A stretch of DNA of 64,000 nucleotides from a virus (lineage: Duplodnaviria > Caudoviricetes), in IMG/VR virus record IMGVR_UViG_3300026522_000024, positions 32,001-96,000 of that record; one strand, written 5' to 3'. The position numbers and the translations under genes were made by a program. Positions 61,465 through 64,000 of the stretch are shown here, in pieces (positions within the stretch are counted from its first letter, which is position 1; each line of letters begins with the position of its first letter). The notes under the pieces are model-generated. The model did no database searches. It saw only the letters and a list, made by a program, of their open reading frames with translations, and had not been told where the DNA came from.

Positions 61465-61629
61465 ATGAGCACTAAGACCTTTAATAAAGAAAACATTGTA
61501 GCCTTGCGTAAGAAATATGAGAAAAACCCTGTTCAGCAAGATTTTGCTAACGACAAGTCAGTGTTTGAGTTTCCAGATGACATAACTGATGAGGAACTGG
61601 ATAAACACATTGAGAGAATGAAATCATAA
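61465..61629 (+). CDS. Small hypothetical protein (54 aa), candidate antitoxin
   Basis: ATG 3 nt after the kinase stop; RBS GGGGAGG; acidic C-terminal half. Confidence 0.6.
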   Translation: MSTKTFNKENIVALRKKYEKNPVQQDFANDKSVFEFPDDITDEELDKHIERMKS

Positions 61630-61648
61630 TAATTGGAGGAGATAAATC

Positions 61649-64000
61649 ATGATAAGGACTACAGATATTGCTTCCTATCTTGTAGACAAGGCTAAGTTAG
61701 ACCTAATGGGTGGTAGCTCCAATCTGGAAAAAGCACAGAGAGATTATTCTAAGCTGGTAAAGGTGCGTAGACCAGTAACACGTAAGGGTAAGACCTTTAT
61801 GCAAGACATATGGGTGCTGCCAGGTCAGGTTAAGTCATCAGATGTGGTTCTTCAGAACAAGCATAATGTCATTCCTTCTCTTAGTAGCCTCACTAAGCCA
61901 TCTGCTGGTATTTTGGATATGAAGTATTTTGCTGCTTTGGAGAACACTGATAGAACTAAAGCAATGGATTACTTGAAAGACCTTGGATTTACATGGAAGG
62001 TAAATAGCAATCCTAGTATAAACTGGATGTGGGCTAAGAGTGCTCTTAATAAATTCCTGAATGCTAATCCTTCTTTTAAGACCACCGCAGGTTCAATTTC
62101 TGGGTTGGTAGGTGGTCAGACTCAGGTTACTTCTCAGGCAACCAACGTAACAACGCAAATTGCTCAGAATAAGACACCTTCTACGGTGAATACGGCAACC
62201 ATGATGTCTTCTTTTACGCCTCAGCAGCAAGCAGAGATTAATGCTTGTGCTAATGGTAAAGAAAAATTCTCTAAGATTCGTGAAATTCTTGGTAAAGATG
62301 GAGTGATATCTTGGGCGAAGGCTAATGGTATTACTTGGAATGAGCATGCTCATAATGCTATTAATCTTATGAGACTTGGTATGGCTGTTAGGGAATGCTT
62401 TGATGCTATAAATGGGACAGTGTCTCCTGGTCCAATATCTAAGACTCCTACTAAGAAACAGCCTGCACCTGCTGCTCCTAAAATAGACCCAGATGAACTG
62501 CCTGTGCCTGCTAATGCTACAGAGCGTACTAAGAATTTGATTAAACACATAAATAACATGACAAGTGTAGCTGAGATTACTGATTGTACTAAGATGGGTA
62601 TGGTTCCAGAAGATGATGTAGCTAAGTCGTTTATTCTTGAGAAATTCCTTCCTTCATTTAAGTTATGGGTAGGTGGTGGTGCTCCTAAATCTGTTAAGGA
62701 TAAATGGGCAAAAGATACTGGTTCTAGTGCTTCTTCTATAAATACTTATGCTAAGACTCCATGTGATTGGGGTGAGAGAGCAGTAGATACTATGAAGTTG
62801 GCTGGGTATAAAAAAGATATGGCTTCACATAATATTAGTATCTCTTTTTCTGGATTTACTATGGGTAAAATGCTTTCTCCTAGACAATACATGGTATTTA
62901 AAGACCACAATAAAATGCTGCATTTTGGTAAATCATCAGAAAAGCCATTTGATATTATCAACAGCTTGAATGATACTTATTCTGACTATACAACCGATGA
63001 TTACAAAACTACTGACTCTTGGGGTACTACCATTAACCTCTACCCAACTAATCTTGGATATACTGGTTTAGACCCAGCTGAATACAGGAAAAAGTACAAT
63101 ATAGAAAAAGAAGGTTTTGTTAGATACCTCAGAAGAGTGCAAAAATCTAATCCAGGTTTGAGTTCTACAGTTCAGGAAATGATAACTACGTATGATGAGA
63201 CTATGAAATTGGCTGGATATAATCCTAATTTGCTTTCATATGTTCAGAAAAATGATTGGGATGATACAGCTCAACCTACATACTGGTCTTCAAGATTTGA
63301 TAGTAGTTTAAGGTTAAATAATTTTTCTCCAGCTGATGCAAAAAAAGCTGTAGAAATCATAGAATTACAGTATAACACAGTTATTTCTGAATTAGAAAAA
63401 GCTGGTTATTCACAACAGGTTATTGCTGATACCTTGGGTTACAAATGGGGTTCAGGCTATCTTGATAACTTTAAGGTAGTTGATAGAAGTTCAGGTTCTA
63501 CCTCCACTCTTGCTACTCTAAATATAGCTAATTTGTTACCAGATGAAGCTAAAAGATGGAATTACGCAGCAGCTTCATATGCTTATTGCAGATACTGCAA
63601 GGAAAACGGTATAGAAAATAAATCTGGTAATGGGACAAAAGAGTATGCTTGGTTGGAGCAGGTAAAGCAATTATCTCAGATGGATAAAGTTACATATGAA
63701 AAGATTAACTCTAATTTAGAGAAACTGTATGGCTTTAGCAATAATAATGGCGTAATACAACCTACAGATAACAAGGACTATGACTCAATTTGGAGTAACC
63801 TTATTTTAACAAGTAATATGGTTGATATGCACCACAAAATGGCAGTTTCAGCTAGAAGTAATACTGCTAGTCCCTTGAATAAAAGGGGAACAGAATATCA
63901 AGGTAATTATGATTATTATAGTGGTATGGCTATGAAAGATGATGCTAAAATGCGTATAAAGCAGTATGGTAACTATACTGGGAGTACTGCTTCTACGTAT
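61649..64000 (+). CDS. Large leader-bearing protein with two HeH-like modules, runs off the window
   Basis: RBS GGAGGAG; MIRTTDIASYLVDKAKLDLMGGSSNLEKAQRDYSKLVKVRRPVTRKGKTFMQDIW; no stop seen to the window end, hence absent from the ORF track. Confidence 0.85.
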   Translation, partial: MIRTTDIASYLVDKAKLDLMGGSSNLEKAQRDYSKLVKVRRPVTRKGKTFMQDIWVLPGQVKSSDVVLQNKHNVIPSLSSLTKPSAGILDMKYFAALENTDRTKAMDYLKDLGFTWKVNSNPSINWMWAKSALNKFLNANPSFKTTAGSISGLVGGQTQVTSQATNVTTQIAQNKTPSTVNTATMMSSFTPQQQAEINACANGKEKFSKIREILGKDGVISWAKANGITWNEHAHNAINLMRLGMAVRECFDAINGTVSPGPISKTPTKKQPAPAAPKIDPDELPVPANATERTKNLIKHINNMTSVAEITDCTKMGMVPEDDVAKSFILEKFLPSFKLWVGGGAPKSVKDKWAKDTGSSASSINTYAKTPCDWGERAVDTMKLAGYKKDMASHNISISFSGFTMGKMLSPRQYMVFKDHNKMLHFGKSSEKPFDIINSLNDTYSDYTTDDYKTTDSWGTTINLYPTNLGYTGLDPAEYRKKYNIEKEGFVRYLRRVQKSNPGLSSTVQEMITTYDETMKLAGYNPNLLSYVQKNDWDDTAQPTYWSSRFDSSLRLNNFSPADAKKAVEIIELQYNTVISELEKAGYSQQVIADTLGYKWGSGYLDNFKVVDRSSGSTSTLATLNIANLLPDEAKRWNYAAASYAYCRYCKENGIENKSGNGTKEYAWLEQVKQLSQMDKVTYEKINSNLEKLYGFSNNNGVIQPTDNKDYDSIWSNLILTSNMVDMHHKMAVSARSNTASPLNKRGTEYQGNYDYYSGMAMKDDAKMRIKQYGNYTGSTASTY

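Overview
A 64-kb segment of a large lytic dsDNA phage of an anaerobic Firmicute-type host (host inferred from NrdDG, strong AGGAGG RBSs, sigmaA-type promoters and a GH25 lysin). All credible genes are on the + strand. It holds: (i) a tRNA/tmRNA island with extra structured, unassigned spacers; (ii) an SPO1-like replication/recombination module: SbcC, primase, dUTPase, resolvase, a UDG-exo-PolA polymerase split by a group I intron carrying an HNH gene, gp32-like SSB, RecA, 5'-3' exonuclease, ligase and HU; (iii) a thymidine-hypermodification pathway in two loci: dUMP hydroxymethylase-like TS, 5hmdU-DNA kinase, HD nucleotidase and Nudix, and separately a GATase plus amino-acid:DNA transferase; (iv) an nrdD gene broken into two separately initiated halves around an unrelated ORF; (v) an accessory ORF belt with lysin, terminase and SNF2 helicase; (vi) proteins sharing an N-terminal leader but carrying different enzymatic cargo (Topo IB, zeta-like kinase). 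The most notable unexplained patterns are a terminal R-x-P-[IV]-x peptide on about 11 unrelated proteins, a small helical 'INxMRxxMAL' domain reused in 5 proteins, RBS-sequestering hairpins ahead of the DNA-metabolism genes, and several candidate novel ncRNAs. All assignments come from reading motifs by eye; no searches were run.
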